Notes: generated by a model not told the origin, from the sequence alone. A stretch of 64,000 bases of DNA from Roseibacillus sp. (GCA_051251855.1 JBPOGI010000006.1:1-64000), one strand, 5' to 3'. Numbered from the stretch's first letter, positions 19,126-29,819 are shown. Numbers and translations are program-made.

Positions 19126-19989
19126 CTATTCTTGCACAAATGATTGTAAAAGCAGGGCTTGCAAGCGCTCGGGGTCGGTGGCGGAGGTTTTGGCCACGAA
19201 GCCGCGATTGTGGGCAAAGTGGACGTCTTCTTCTTCGCCGATACGGGTGAAGTTGAGCTTAGGGGAATCGTTGAAGCGAGAGAGTGCGTAGCCACTGCCT
19301 CGACGGTCAGGGTAGAGGGTAGCGACGGTTTGGCCGGCAAACTCATGGTTCTCGATGAAGCGACCGACGCCGAGGGAGGGGTCAGTGCTTTGGGCATCGG
19401 TGCGCGGTATGAAGAGGGCTTTGAGGCCTTCGGGGAGGTTGAGCCATTGGCTGTGGTGCTCGATATCTTCTAAGCGGCCGCGCAATTTACTGAGGTAGGT
19501 GAGGGTGTCTTGCCCGATGTTGTGCATCAGTTCCCAGAGCAGGTCGCCGGGATGGAGCAGTTCTTCGCGAGCAAAGGCGCGCAGGACGGTGCCATCGATG
19601 GGGGAGTTGAGCTTGGCAAGGGCTTCGCGGGAGACACCGAGCCACTTGGCGGTCTCGATGGGGCCGCGGGTGTCGAAGTGCTCGGCGGGCTCGAGCCAAT
19701 CGCAGAACTTGCGCGCCTCTTCATAGAGATTGAGGTATTGCAGGACGAGGGAAAGAGCGCAGACCGGCGGGTGGTCGGCGGGAAATTGATGATGGTCGAA
19801 GTTGAGAAGGGCTGGGTCGTGCGAGCCACCGACGTCGACGACAATGGTGTCAGTTTTGGCGAGATCGGATTGGGTGGGCTCGCGGCGCGCGATGGGGACT
19901 CCGTATTGGGTGATAAGAAAGGCGCAGGCAAGAAACTCGTCTTTATGGGCGGCGCCGGGATGGGTGACGATGAGGCTAGGAGTGGACAT
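19126..19989 (-). CDS. MYG1-family exonuclease/hydrolase
   Basis: THPG.AH.DE, VVDVGG, FDHHQ, FAHNRGF. Confidence 0.85.
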   Translation of the reverse strand: MSTPSLIVTHPGAAHKDEFLACAFLITQYGVPIARREPTQSDLAKTDTIVVDVGGSHDPALLNFDHHQFPADHPPVCALSLVLQYLNLYEEARKFCDWLEPAEHFDTRGPIETAKWLGVSREALAKLNSPIDGTVLRAFAREELLHPGDLLWELMHNIGQDTLTYLSKLRGRLEDIEHHSQWLNLPEGLKALFIPRTDAQSTDPSLGVGRFIENHEFAGQTVATLYPDRRGSGYALSRFNDSPKLNFTRIGEEEDVHFAHNRGFVAKTSATDPERLQALLLQSFVQE

Positions 19990-20107
19990 GTGAAAGGTGG
20001 GCAGGAGAGTTTGATAGATGGGATGAGCCTACGAGGCTGCGAGAGAAGGCAGCTTCGCGGATTTTGAGGAGTGGAGCACCGAGTAGCAAGGTGCCTCACT
20101 TTGCGAA

Positions 20108-20809
20108 CTAGTCCAGCTGGCGATCGAACGCTGGTGGAATAATGAGCTCATCACCGGGCACAATCTCGGGAGCGCCGGCGGCTAAATTGGACTTGAGGTC
20201 ACCGATGTAAAAGCCATCTCTCTGACTGGTGACGGTAAAGGTGCAGAGGATACCGTCGTTGCGGCGAACTGCGAGTTCATCGTTGACGTTGAAGTTGGCA
20301 CGTGCGGCGGGGTCGATGGCGATGGTCCAGAACTCGGGATCCCAGGCTTGGACGGTTGCTTGCAGGAGGGCGTTGCTGATGAGACGGGCGCGGCGCTCGG
20401 CGTAGGGGTCAGCTTCGGCGGGTTCTTCGATGACTTCTTCTTCCTCGGTGAGGTCGGGAAGGAGCGGTTCAGGAGCGGGGCGACTGGCACTGGCAAGGTT
20501 ATCGCGGAGGTCGCTATTCTCTTGGGCTAGTTGGTCGAGCCGGTCTTGAATTTGCTCCATAGCGTCGTCCTCTTCAGCTACGGGAGGCGAGCTGACGGTA
20601 GTATAAGGGGCGCGGGGAAAAATCAGGCTTGTGGTCGGCTTATTTTGAAGCTGACGACGCTCGTCTTCGAGTCTTTCGATTTCGCGTTTGAGACTAGCAA
20701 TTTCGCCAGGGTTCTCGCTTTTGCCCTGATTCATTTGGGTAAAAGAGAAGAGGAGGGCCACCAGCAAGAGGAAGCCGGTGGAGCCGAGTAAGAGATTTGT
20801 CGAATTCAT
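20108..20809 (-). CDS. Hypothetical membrane-anchored coiled-coil protein
   Basis: N-terminal TM helix, coiled coils, beta-rich C-terminus ending PGDELIIP. Confidence 0.65.
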   Translation of the reverse strand: MNSTNLLLGSTGFLLLVALLFSFTQMNQGKSENPGEIASLKREIERLEDERRQLQNKPTTSLIFPRAPYTTVSSPPVAEEDDAMEQIQDRLDQLAQENSDLRDNLASASRPAPEPLLPDLTEEEEVIEEPAEADPYAERRARLISNALLQATVQAWDPEFWTIAIDPAARANFNVNDELAVRRNDGILCTFTVTSQRDGFYIGDLKSNLAAGAPEIVPGDELIIPPAFDRQLD

Positions 20810-21073
20810 CTGACAGTCATGCGCTAAAAATGGGGATAACTCAAATTTGAAATTGGGTGAGAGGGCGATTTTTCGATGGGAATGGGGGGGGAGGGGTCTT
20901 CGGGCAGGGCTGGTTGGCTGATTCCTGAGAAATTGGACGGCGGAGAGGGGGAGTCATGGCGGGGAGCGACTAGGGGCGGGTGACTGAAGTCGAGCCTCCA
21001 GGCTAAGAGGGAGGAGAAAGTAGAGTGTGCTCTCTCTTGATTCGTGGGCGCTTTCTCTTCAAGATACCGCGCG

Positions 21074-22150
21074 ATGGCGATTCATGCGGTTTTTGGAACA
21101 GACGAGGGGCGAGTGGCCGAGGAGGCGCTTGCTTTGTTCGAGAAACTGAAGCCGGAGGGCGGTGACGAGTTTGCGAACGATATTATTGAGGGGGTGGCGG
21201 ATGATTCGGAACATGCCTTTCAATTGAGCGCTCGCGCGGTGGAGGCGATTCAGACGGTGGGGTTTTTTGGAGGAGCGAAGGTGGTTTGGTTGAAAGGGGC
21301 GACTTACTTGGGTGATGATCGCACGGGGGGAGCGGAGCGGGCAAAGACGGGAGTAGAGAACTTGTTAGAGTGCCTGAAGGCGGGAGTGGCGGGTGAGGTC
21401 GAGGTGCTGATTTCGGCACCGATCATTGACAAGCGCAGAGCGTTTTTCAAGTGGCTCAAGAAGAATGCAGAGATGAAGGTCTTCGATAAGATCGATGTTT
21501 CGAAAGAGGGCTGGGAGGATGAGGTGGCGGTGTTGGTGAGTCGGCGGGCGAAGGAGGCGAAGTTGAATTTTGAGGATGAGGCGCTGGACCTTTTTGTGCA
21601 GTTGGCGGGGGAGGACACGCGGCAGATTGGGAATGAGTTGATGAAGCTGAGTCTCTATCTCGGTGAAGATGCGACAGTGACGGTGGACGATGTACGCATC
21701 ATGATTCCGCCCAGTCGTAAGGGGGTGATTTGGGAGATTTCGCGTGCGATTGAGCGCGGGGAGGCGGCGCGTGCGGTGGAGTTGATCGATGCTCAGTTGA
21801 ATAAGGGGGAGAATGCGATTGGCTTGATGAGGGCCGCGATTATTCCGACGGTGCGAAACATGTTCTATGCGCGGTTGGCTCTCGATGCGGGGGCGTCGCC
21901 TGGTTACGGATTCGGCAAGTCGCTAGAGAAGCTTCCGCCAGAGAAGCGAGCCGTTTTTCCCAAGAAGAAGGATGGGGGTATTAATGCGTGGGGGCTGTCC
22001 CAAGCAGTGGGGAAGGTGGGGAAGCGGAACCTGCGGCAGATGCGGAAAGCGCTGGATTGTTCTCTTAAGGCTGACAAGTCGCTGGTTACTACAAGTTTAG
22101 ACCACCGGCTAGTGCTGCACCGTTTGGTGGTAGAATTAACGAGTTTATGA
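21074..22150 (+). CDS. holA: DNA polymerase III delta subunit
   Basis: N-terminal G.DE motif, QT..FFGG.KVV, IDKRR.FFK, NELMKL.LY, ~360 aa. Confidence 0.85.
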   Translation: MAIHAVFGTDEGRVAEEALALFEKLKPEGGDEFANDIIEGVADDSEHAFQLSARAVEAIQTVGFFGGAKVVWLKGATYLGDDRTGGAERAKTGVENLLECLKAGVAGEVEVLISAPIIDKRRAFFKWLKKNAEMKVFDKIDVSKEGWEDEVAVLVSRRAKEAKLNFEDEALDLFVQLAGEDTRQIGNELMKLSLYLGEDATVTVDDVRIMIPPSRKGVIWEISRAIERGEAARAVELIDAQLNKGENAIGLMRAAIIPTVRNMFYARLALDAGASPGYGFGKSLEKLPPEKRAVFPKKKDGGINAWGLSQAVGKVGKRNLRQMRKALDCSLKADKSLVTTSLDHRLVLHRLVVELTSL

Positions 22151-22509
22151 AATTACTTCTCACTGCGTTAGCGATTGGGGTGACGGCAGGTCTGGCAGGG
22201 GCTTTGCTGGGAGTGGGCGGCGGTATCATTATGGTGCCGGCCTTTGGATTGATTTTGGGGATGGAGCAAAAGGCGGCGGTGGCCACTTCGTTGGCGATTG
22301 TGGTGGTGACGGCTGCTATTGGGACGAGCAACCATGTGATTAACAAGACGGAACTCATCGATTGGAAGTTGGTGGGCTTGGCTGCAATTGGCGCGGCGGT
22401 GGCGGCTTGGTTCGGTTCTGACTTGATGAGGAAGATGAGCAATCAACATCTGACCCAGATTTTTGGGGTGGTGATGATTGTGATCGGGGTGAAGATGCTT
22501 TGGAAGTAG
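22147..22509 (+). CDS. Half-size TauE/SafE-family membrane protein
   Basis: GLAGALLGVGGGIIMVP, AVATSL, IDWK; 120 aa. Confidence 0.75.
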   Translation: MKLLLTALAIGVTAGLAGALLGVGGGIIMVPAFGLILGMEQKAAVATSLAIVVVTAAIGTSNHVINKTELIDWKLVGLAAIGAAVAAWFGSDLMRKMSNQHLTQIFGVVMIVIGVKMLWK

Positions 22510-22513
22510 CAAG

Positions 22514-22587
22514 GGAGTAGAGACGCTCTGGTCCCTGAACAGAGGTCAAATCGCTCAAGAAATCAGGGACAGGAATGTCCCTGCTCC
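22514..22587. repeat. REP doublet (GGAGCAGGGACATTCCTGTCCCTGA family)
   Basis: Degenerate left copy 22514-22538 and intact inverted copy 22563-22587, between convergent genes. Confidence 0.7.
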
Positions 22588-22592
22588 ATCCG

Positions 22593-24506
22593 CTAAGGGA
22601 CGATTTTAACGGGGTCTCCAAGAGAGAGAAGTTCCCACATCTTACGGACATTCCCTCCTGGAACGCGGATGCAGCCGTGGGAGGCGGGATAGCCGGGAAC
22701 GTAGCCTTGGTGGAAGCCGAAATCGCCACAGCTGAATCGCTGGAAATAGGGCATGGAAGAACCATAGATGGTGGAGTTCCAATGACGATGGCGGTTGGTG
22801 ATAACGAAGGTGCCCGTGCGGGTGCGGTTTCCTGCCTTACCAGTGGACACGCGGGTGGAATAGATTTCTTCGTCGCCATCATAGACCCAGGCACGTTGTT
22901 GGGAAAGGTCGACGAGAGCGCGGCGTTTGACCTGCGAAGGTTCGCGACCGAGAAGGATCTGCATCATAGGGACGTCACCGCGGCGTGCCGCCCAGCTGAT
23001 CGGATACCAATAGTTGTAGCGTCCTCCACGGGTGTAGATATTGGCCTTGGCGCCATGAGCAATGAGGAGGCGGGCAAGCTCAATATCACCACTGTCGGAA
23101 GCCATTGCAATAGGGGTGAAGCGGCGGGTGTGGGAGAGGGTGGACTTAGCGATGTTTGTGCTGGCGACGTGTTCAAGGAAGTCGTCGGAGGGGTAGTCGA
23201 AGAAGGGCTGGTTAGGGTCGGCCCCTTTTTCTAACATGAGCCCGACAAGGGCTTTGTCCAACTTGGCAATCGCTAGGTGAAAGGCGGTTTGTCCTTCTCG
23301 GGTGAGGGCATTGGGAAGGGCTCCGGACTTGAGAAGGCGGAAGGCTGCCCAGCGGTTGTTGTTACGAAGGGCAGCTCCAAGGAGAGTATCGTCTGAAAGG
23401 CGGCAGAGGGAATTGGGGTCTGCTCCGTTGGAAAGCAGAAAGTCAATGAGGTCGCGGTCATCCTCGAGAATGGCGTTATAGAGTTGGGTGCAGGGGACGT
23501 GGGAGCCGTATTGGATAAGGAGGCTAGCGAACTCGTAGTCGCGCATCTCGAGAGCATAGTCGACGGGGAGCTTGCCCTCGGGTCCGTAGCTATTGGGATT
23601 GGCGCCGAGGCTGAGGAGGGTGCGAAGACTGTCAGGATCGCGACGCATGACTGCAAGATGAACGGGAGTTGAGCCGCTGCCATCTGCACGGTCGAGCGAG
23701 ACGCCCTCGTTAAACAAAGGGCGAAGGACGTCGAAGGAACCGCTGCCAACCGCGATGTGAATGGGGTTTTCGCCAAACTGGTTGGTGACGTTAAGATTGG
23801 CTCCGTTTCTCGCAAGAATCTCAATGAGCTCAGGTTCTCCCGCTTGGGCGGCGACGTGGGAAAGGTGAAACTCGTTGGTGCCTTCGGTTTCTTGGTCTCC
23901 TTCGAACTCGACCCCTCGTTTGATGAGGTTGCGCACCAGTGAGACCTGGCCATTGCGGGCCGCGATTTCAACGAGAGGGGTGCCTTCCGCATCGAGAGAA
24001 TTGATTTGGGCCCCGTGTTTGAGGAGAAGTTGCGCGATAGCGGTCCGTCCTTCGGAAATGCACTCTGCGACGAGGGTTCCTCCGCCGGGAAGGGACACGT
24101 TAGGGGAAGCGCCCCTTTTAAGGAGCTCGCCTACGAGCCACACTTCGTCGGCGTGGGCGGCGTGGGTCAGGGCGTTGAGTCCCTCACCATCGGTGGGGAG
24201 AGCGGAGCTGATTTTTTCTGGAAGAAGTTCCCAAGCGACGCGGGTGCTGCTGGTGCGAGCGGCGACCATGAGAGGCGTTTGCCCGCTCTCGTCTTTGGGT
24301 TTTTGGCTGACTTTGGTTTTGAGGATTCCAAGCGCGAGGTCTTCGTTGCGATTCTCCAAGGCGCTGAAGAGGGCCAAAGGAGAATTGGCTGCTGCTTCTT
24401 TGGCTTGGGCGCTTGCTTGGCGATCTTGGTCTGAGACGCAACCAGACAAAAGCCCAAAGCCGATGGCTAGAGACAGAAAAGAGGTCGTTTTTCTGTAAAA
24501 ATTCAT
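22593..24506 (-). CDS. Lipoprotein with ankyrin repeats and C-terminal L,D-transpeptidase (YkuD) domain
   Basis: Lipobox LSGC; many G.TPL..AA / LL..GA.PN repeats; VDLSQQRA, VSTGK, FHQG..PGYPASHGCIR. Confidence 0.88.
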   Translation of the reverse strand: MNFYRKTTSFLSLAIGFGLLSGCVSDQDRQASAQAKEAAANSPLALFSALENRNEDLALGILKTKVSQKPKDESGQTPLMVAARTSSTRVAWELLPEKISSALPTDGEGLNALTHAAHADEVWLVGELLKRGASPNVSLPGGGTLVAECISEGRTAIAQLLLKHGAQINSLDAEGTPLVEIAARNGQVSLVRNLIKRGVEFEGDQETEGTNEFHLSHVAAQAGEPELIEILARNGANLNVTNQFGENPIHIAVGSGSFDVLRPLFNEGVSLDRADGSGSTPVHLAVMRRDPDSLRTLLSLGANPNSYGPEGKLPVDYALEMRDYEFASLLIQYGSHVPCTQLYNAILEDDRDLIDFLLSNGADPNSLCRLSDDTLLGAALRNNNRWAAFRLLKSGALPNALTREGQTAFHLAIAKLDKALVGLMLEKGADPNQPFFDYPSDDFLEHVASTNIAKSTLSHTRRFTPIAMASDSGDIELARLLIAHGAKANIYTRGGRYNYWYPISWAARRGDVPMMQILLGREPSQVKRRALVDLSQQRAWVYDGDEEIYSTRVSTGKAGNRTRTGTFVITNRHRHWNSTIYGSSMPYFQRFSCGDFGFHQGYVPGYPASHGCIRVPGGNVRKMWELLSLGDPVKIVP

Positions 24507-24584
24507 GTTCCCGCGCACTGTTTACGGTGGTTTTTGACAAGGTTCAACACTTGTCGTTCAAATGCGCGGGATTTTTTTAAAAAA

Positions 24585-25817
24585 CTAGCCTAGATTTGCC
24601 TCGATACGCTTGCAGACCTCGATGGCGTTTTCGCGCGAGTTGAAGGCAGAAATGCGGAAATAGCCTTCGCCAGCGGCCCCGAATCCAGATCCTGGGGTGA
24701 TGACGACTTGGACGTCGTTGATCATGCGGTCGAACATACCCCAGCTATCAGTGCCTTCAGGGCAGGCGACCCAGACGTAGGGAGCGTTTTCGCCGCCATA
24801 GACGGCGAGACCGACCTTTTCGCAGGCTTCGCGCAGGAGGCGGGCGTTTTCCATGTAGTGGGAGATGAGTTCGCTGACCTGGGCCTTGCCTTCTTCGCTG
24901 TAGAGAGCTTCCGCGCCGCGCTGGACGGGGTAGCTGGCGCCGTTGAACTTGGTGGAAGTGCGGCGGGACCAGAGGTCGCGGATAGAGATTTTTTCGCCGG
25001 CCTCGGTCGTTCCGAAGACCGTCTTGGGGGCGACGACCCAGCCACAGCGGACGCCGGTGAAGCCACCGTTCTTGGAGAAAGATCGGAACTCGAGGGCACA
25101 GTCGCGGGCCCCTTCGATTTCGTAGATGGAGCGAGGGACATCGGGATTTTGGATGAAGGCCTCGTAAGCGGCATCAAAGAGGATGAGAGCGTCGTGCTTC
25201 TTGGCGTATTCGACCCAGGCGGTGAGTTCTTCGCGGGTGGCGGAGGCTCCGGTGGGGTTGTTGGGGTAGCAAAGATAGATGAGGTCGACGGGTTCGTCAG
25301 GGATGGCGGGGACGAAGTTGTTGGCGGCGTTGCAGGGCAGGTAGACGAGGCCTTCGTAGCGGCCGTCTTCGTCGCCTTCGCCGGTGTTGCCGATCATGAC
25401 GTTGGTGTCGACGTAGACGGGGTAAACGGGGTCGGTGATCGCGATCTTGTTCCCGGCACCGAGGATGTCGAGGATGTTGCCGGAGTCGCACTTGGAGCCG
25501 TCGGAGACGAAGATTTCGTCGTCAGCGATACCGAGGTGGGAGTAGTTGTTGGCGACGATGGTCTCGCGGAGAAAGTCGTAACCTTGTTCGGGGCCATAGC
25601 CACGGAAGCTCTCGCGGGAGCCGAGCTCATCGACGGCAGCCTTCATCGCGTTGCGGGCGGCTTCGGGGAGAGGCTCGGTGACATCGCCGATCCCACAACG
25701 AATGAGCGCGGACGCTTTATCGGGGTTGGCTTCGGTGAAGGCTTTCACGCGACGGGCGATTTCAGGGAAAAGGTAACCAGCTTTGAGCTTGAGGAAGTTT
25801 TCGTTAATGCGAGCCAT
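24585..25817 (-). CDS. dapL: LL-diaminopimelate aminotransferase
   Basis: [51 protein letters not shown]. Confidence 0.95.
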   Translation of the reverse strand: MARINENFLKLKAGYLFPEIARRVKAFTEANPDKASALIRCGIGDVTEPLPEAARNAMKAAVDELGSRESFRGYGPEQGYDFLRETIVANNYSHLGIADDEIFVSDGSKCDSGNILDILGAGNKIAITDPVYPVYVDTNVMIGNTGEGDEDGRYEGLVYLPCNAANNFVPAIPDEPVDLIYLCYPNNPTGASATREELTAWVEYAKKHDALILFDAAYEAFIQNPDVPRSIYEIEGARDCALEFRSFSKNGGFTGVRCGWVVAPKTVFGTTEAGEKISIRDLWSRRTSTKFNGASYPVQRGAEALYSEEGKAQVSELISHYMENARLLREACEKVGLAVYGGENAPYVWVACPEGTDSWGMFDRMINDVQVVITPGSGFGAAGEGYFRISAFNSRENAIEVCKRIEANLG

Positions 25818-25975
25818 GACGGGCTGGGCATAGCGGGAAGTGGCCTTTTCGCCAAAGAAAAATCGCTTGAGATGGCCTCAACTTTACAAACTCTTCACAA
25901 GAAAGGGGCTCTTTCGACATCAAATCGAAACGTGAGCGGGCCATCTTGGCTTCGTTCTTAACAAACAATAAAACT

Positions 25976-26497
25976 ATGAAAGCAACGATTTTGATTCTTT
26001 TGACCGGTGGCGTTCTGTGCGCTGAACCTCCTGAAGGCCAGCAGGGCCCTCCGCCCGTGCCACCTGCGATGAAGGTTTTGGATGCGGATGCCGATGGTGA
26101 GCTGTCCGCGAGTGAAATTGAGAATGCCTCTGCTGCATTGGCCGAGCTGGATACTGACGCCAACGGGCGTTTGTCCGAAGAGGAGATGCGGCCAAAGCCT
26201 CCCAAGAGAGACGGGGAAGAAGAGGGTGAGCGGAGGCGACCCCGGCGTGATCGTGATGAAGATGAGGAAGGACCAGCTCATCCGGTTTTGGAGGCTCTCG
26301 ACCAGAATACCGATGGCACGATTTCGAAGCGTGAAATGGCGCGGGCCTCTAAATCGCTTCTTGAAATGGATGAAGATGAAAGTGGCACTCTCGAGAGAGA
26401 GGAGCTGAAGCCTGAGGAGCTTACCGACGAGAAAGAGGACCTCGGAGGTGGCGGTGGTGGGCGTCCTCCCCATCCTCCTCGTCCCCCACGCCGATAG
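25976..26497 (+). CDS. Secreted EF-hand protein
   Basis: Signal peptide; four DxDxDG-type loops (DADADGELSASE, DTDANGRLSEEE, DQNTDGTISKRE, DEDESGTLEREE). Confidence 0.85.
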   Translation: MKATILILLTGGVLCAEPPEGQQGPPPVPPAMKVLDADADGELSASEIENASAALAELDTDANGRLSEEEMRPKPPKRDGEEEGERRRPRRDRDEDEEGPAHPVLEALDQNTDGTISKREMARASKSLLEMDEDESGTLEREELKPEELTDEKEDLGGGGGGRPPHPPRPPRR

Positions 26498-26503
26498 TTA
26501 TTC

Positions 26504-27220
26504 TTACGCCTTCTGGCCTGCAGGGCGCAGTTGAATGTCTCCGATATTCACATGCGCGGGGGCGGCTACGATACTGAGCACCGCTTGTGCGACATCCTCT
26601 GGGTAGAGCATGGGGGTGCTTTCTCGCATTTGGGCAAGGTCACTTTCGCGGCCTTCGAAGTAGTTGTCTAACAGGGGGGTGTCGACAAAGCCGGGGCTGA
26701 CGGTGGAGACCTGATGGGGCGAACCGTCGCCGGCGAGCTCGCTACGGAGGGCTTCTGTCAAGGCGCGGACCGCGAATTTGGTGGGCGCGTAGAAACCGCC
26801 GCTGGCGGGGACGCGATGACCACTCATGCTAGAGATATTGATGATGCGCCCGCCGGTGTCGGGGAAAAGTTGGAGGGCTTGCTGAGTGGCGACAACGAGT
26901 CCGTGGACATTGACCTGCCACATCTCGGCAAAGCGGGCGGGGTCGCCATCGCTGACACGCTCGAGCCAAGCGAGGCCGGCGTTGTTGATTAAAGCGTCGA
27001 TACCTCCAGAGGCTTGTTCGATGATGTCGAAGGCGTGGCTGATACGCTCGGGTTGGCTGAGGTCACAAGAAACAGGAGTGACTCCGGTGGGGACTTTGCC
27101 AATCTTGCGACAGAGGCCGAAGACGGTTGCTCCTTCTGCGACAAGACATGCTGAGATTGCAGAGCCGATGCCGCTGGAGGCACCGGTGACGGCGATTCGT
27201 TTTCCTGAAAGTGGGCTCAT
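26504..27220 (-). CDS. SDR-family oxidoreductase
   Basis: TGASSGIG, NNAG, ISS, YAPTK. Confidence 0.92.
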   Translation of the reverse strand: MSPLSGKRIAVTGASSGIGSAISACLVAEGATVFGLCRKIGKVPTGVTPVSCDLSQPERISHAFDIIEQASGGIDALINNAGLAWLERVSDGDPARFAEMWQVNVHGLVVATQQALQLFPDTGGRIINISSMSGHRVPASGGFYAPTKFAVRALTEALRSELAGDGSPHQVSTVSPGFVDTPLLDNYFEGRESDLAQMRESTPMLYPEDVAQAVLSIVAAPAHVNIGDIQLRPAGQKA

Positions 27221-27273
27221 AGACACGAGACCTTATTCAAGAGGAATGGCTGGGGTTTGCAACGACGGCTTCG

Positions 27274-28197
27274 TTAAAAGATGGCGGCGAGTTGTTCGGG
27301 TTCCATCTGTCCGAGTAGGAAAAAGGCTTTGTCTTCATCGCGCCAGCTGGCCATCGCCCAACCAGTCCGCTTGCACTTTTCGCAGTTCTTTTTAGCTTCG
27401 GCCAAAACTGGGAGTTCGCCCTCGACGGAATCACGTCGCATCACAATGAGGTGAACGATGGGTTGGTCGGGTGATTGCTGGTAGCAAATGAGAGACGCTG
27501 GTTTGTCATTGAAGTCGAGCCGCTTACAACCGATTCCTTGAGAGGCCTGTAGCCCAGCGGGCAGGATGTTAGGAGAAGGGAGTTCATTGCTGGCGAGGAA
27601 CTGATAGAGTGCTTCTTGCTTCGGGTCCTTGCGGTCGAGACTGAAGTTTCCACTCAAGAAGTCGATGGACTTGGCTTGCAGGGCTTGAGGGGTGGTGGCA
27701 GCCAACTGCATGCTAGGATTGGAAGGCTTCAAGAAAGTTGTCCAGAGGACAGCGGCAGCGATTCCGGCAGCAGCGGCGATTCCGATTCCGGGCAAGCTAA
27801 AGAGTTTTTTGCGCCCATTTTCTCGACGAGGGGAAGTGGGAAGGGCGGTCACTTTTTTCTCCACTTCCATCGCGGCAAGAATATCATCGCGCAGATTGGC
27901 TGGGGGTTGGATACCAGCGAGGGCTCCGGCAAAGTCGTGGTCGAATTGGTTGTAACCTGGCGCACCTTGGGCTGCGGCCAGCACTTCGAAGAGGCTTTCG
28001 CGGAGGTTCTCGGGGATGGGGAACTCGGCTAAGCTATCGGCGAAGGCCATGTCTTGAGCGCGCTCGTTGGCGAGCCATTGACCGAGAGCTTTGTCTTCGG
28101 CGGCCAGTCCGAGGGCTTCGGCGAAGGCGGGATCGTTGAGGTCGGAACCGTTGGGACGGAAGCTGGCGAGGATGAGTTTGGCTTGGGCGTGGTCCAT
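27274..28197 (-). CDS. Putative anti-sigma factor
   Basis: Directly downstream of an ECF sigma gene; cytoplasmic N-terminus, single TM helix, periplasmic domain with GC...SLIC...HL. Confidence 0.7.
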   Translation of the reverse strand: MDHAQAKLILASFRPNGSDLNDPAFAEALGLAAEDKALGQWLANERAQDMAFADSLAEFPIPENLRESLFEVLAAAQGAPGYNQFDHDFAGALAGIQPPANLRDDILAAMEVEKKVTALPTSPRRENGRKKLFSLPGIGIAAAAGIAAAVLWTTFLKPSNPSMQLAATTPQALQAKSIDFLSGNFSLDRKDPKQEALYQFLASNELPSPNILPAGLQASQGIGCKRLDFNDKPASLICYQQSPDQPIVHLIVMRRDSVEGELPVLAEAKKNCEKCKRTGWAMASWRDEDKAFFLLGQMEPEQLAAIF

Positions 28198-28198
28198 G

Positions 28199-28732
28199 TT
28201 AGAGGGATCCTTTCTTTTTAAAGTCGACGATGTTTTCAGTCGCGGGGTCGGCGGCGGTCTCCATGAGTTCGCGCAATTGCTTTTTGCCGCGTGAGATGCG
28301 GGACATCACAGTGCCGATAGGGATGTCGAGAGTGGCGGCGATTTCTTTGTAGCTTTGTTCTTGTAGGAAAAAGAGGGTGAGAGGGGCGCGGAAAGTTTCG
28401 TCGAGTTGGGCGAGGAGACCGACGGCACGCTTGGCGTCTAGTTGGCGGTCAGCATCGGGCTGATTGGCAGGGAGCTGGAATTCGGCTTCTTCGAGGTCTC
28501 GCTCAGGAAACTTGGTAGAACGGCGCGCGGCCGAAAGGTGCTCGCGATAGAGAGTGGTGAAGAGCCAGGTCTTGGCCTTGGAGCGGTCTTTGAGTTGGTG
28601 ACCCTTCTCGGCCCACTTCACAAAGGTTTGTTGCACCAGGTCAGAGGCGCGTTCAGGAGTCTTGGCTAGCGAGTAGCCAAAGCGGTAGAGCGCCTCGTAA
28701 TGGGCGTCGACCAGTTCTTCAAATTCAGTCAT
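28199..28732 (-). CDS. ECF RNA polymerase sigma factor
   Basis: DLVQQTF, WLF, SYKEIA..L.IPIGTVMSRISRGK. Confidence 0.93.
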   Translation of the reverse strand: MTEFEELVDAHYEALYRFGYSLAKTPERASDLVQQTFVKWAEKGHQLKDRSKAKTWLFTTLYREHLSAARRSTKFPERDLEEAEFQLPANQPDADRQLDAKRAVGLLAQLDETFRAPLTLFFLQEQSYKEIAATLDIPIGTVMSRISRGKKQLRELMETAADPATENIVDFKKKGSL

Positions 28733-28840
28733 CGGAGCAATGGGGTTGAGCAATGTTCTCGCCCATGAGAGTGCCGAGACCCAAGACTATTCCCGATTTT
28801 CTTCGAAGTTTATGGGTGTGGGTGTTTCTGAGGGCGGATT

Positions 28841-29677
28841 TTAGAAATGGATCCAGTTGGGCAGGGGCTCGGGATGGTCGAAGTGTTTGATCTCTTTGTC
28901 GGGGACGAGAACCTTGCCTTGCGAGAGGTAGGCGGCCCAAGTGGAGAGCGAGGAACAGGAGGGCATAAAGTATTCAGCGGTGATCATTTCATGGAAGTGG
29001 CGTTGCAAGCATTCAGTGCCTCCGAGATCGAGGGTGACTCCTTGTAATTCTTGCAGGTCTTCGGACCTTTCTTTTTCCGAGTAGAGAGTGATTTTGGTGG
29101 GCTGGCGTTGTTCTTGGATGGTGTCGATTTTTTCCTGATAGAAGTCTGTCCCCCATGCGCCCGGACCCATGTGGTGATATTCATGGTGGTTTGGGTCGGC
29201 GACATCTCCTCGCCGAGCGTGAATGGCGACTTGCCCCTGCCGGAACTGCTGGGGTGTTTTTGGTCCCCAGTAGAGTTTTTGCAGTCGAGCGAGGCAGCGC
29301 TCGAAGGTCCCGTTAGGAATTCTTTGAGCGACCTCCCAAGCGTGGAGTTGGCTGAGGTGAATGCGACAAACACCGGAGAAGACAAAGAGGACGCTATCAT
29401 TGCGCTTGGCTTTTACGGTGCGGGTGATTTCTTGGAACTGCTCGAAAGAGATCCCATCCCAAGCATTTTGCGGGAGGGGCATTCGGAGAGCACGGGTTGC
29501 CCGCGGTTGCTCCCAAGGAACGGCGGGGAGGAGGGATTGCTTTTGCCAAGAGCTTCCGAAAACGGTCTCCAAGCCGAGGAGTTCTCCAAGAATTACTGAG
29601 GTGAAGAGGTCCTTCAGTTGATGGCCGGAGCGACCATGGCTGTTTTGGTAGTAGATGATTTGCGCTTGGTCTTTCAC
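28841..29677 (-). CDS. GT11-like (alpha-1,2-fucosyltransferase-like) glycosyltransferase
   Basis: GRSGHQL (cf. GxLGNQ), IHARRGD, SSLSTWAAYL; start uncertain (GTG 29677 chosen). Confidence 0.65.
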   Translation of the reverse strand: MKDQAQIIYYQNSHGRSGHQLKDLFTSVILGELLGLETVFGSSWQKQSLLPAVPWEQPRATRALRMPLPQNAWDGISFEQFQEITRTVKAKRNDSVLFVFSGVCRIHLSQLHAWEVAQRIPNGTFERCLARLQKLYWGPKTPQQFRQGQVAIHARRGDVADPNHHEYHHMGPGAWGTDFYQEKIDTIQEQRQPTKITLYSEKERSEDLQELQGVTLDLGGTECLQRHFHEMITAEYFMPSCSSLSTWAAYLSQGKVLVPDKEIKHFDHPEPLPNWIHF

Positions 29678-29819
29678 TGGGTGGCTGGGTTGTGGAGTTG
29701 TTGGGGCGAGTCTGCCTAAGTGGACGGCATTGTTCGATAATGAAGAGTGGAGAGCTCGAGTCATGAAAGTGATTGCAGGCGCGCAATAGGAAGCCTTTTC
29801 TACTAGGCTCGGTTTCGCC

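Noticed and set aside
20982..20999. Possible third GGAG-type REP (reverse complement GGAGGCTCGACTTCAGTC)
   Set aside because: Single degenerate copy in the window, which is insufficient support.
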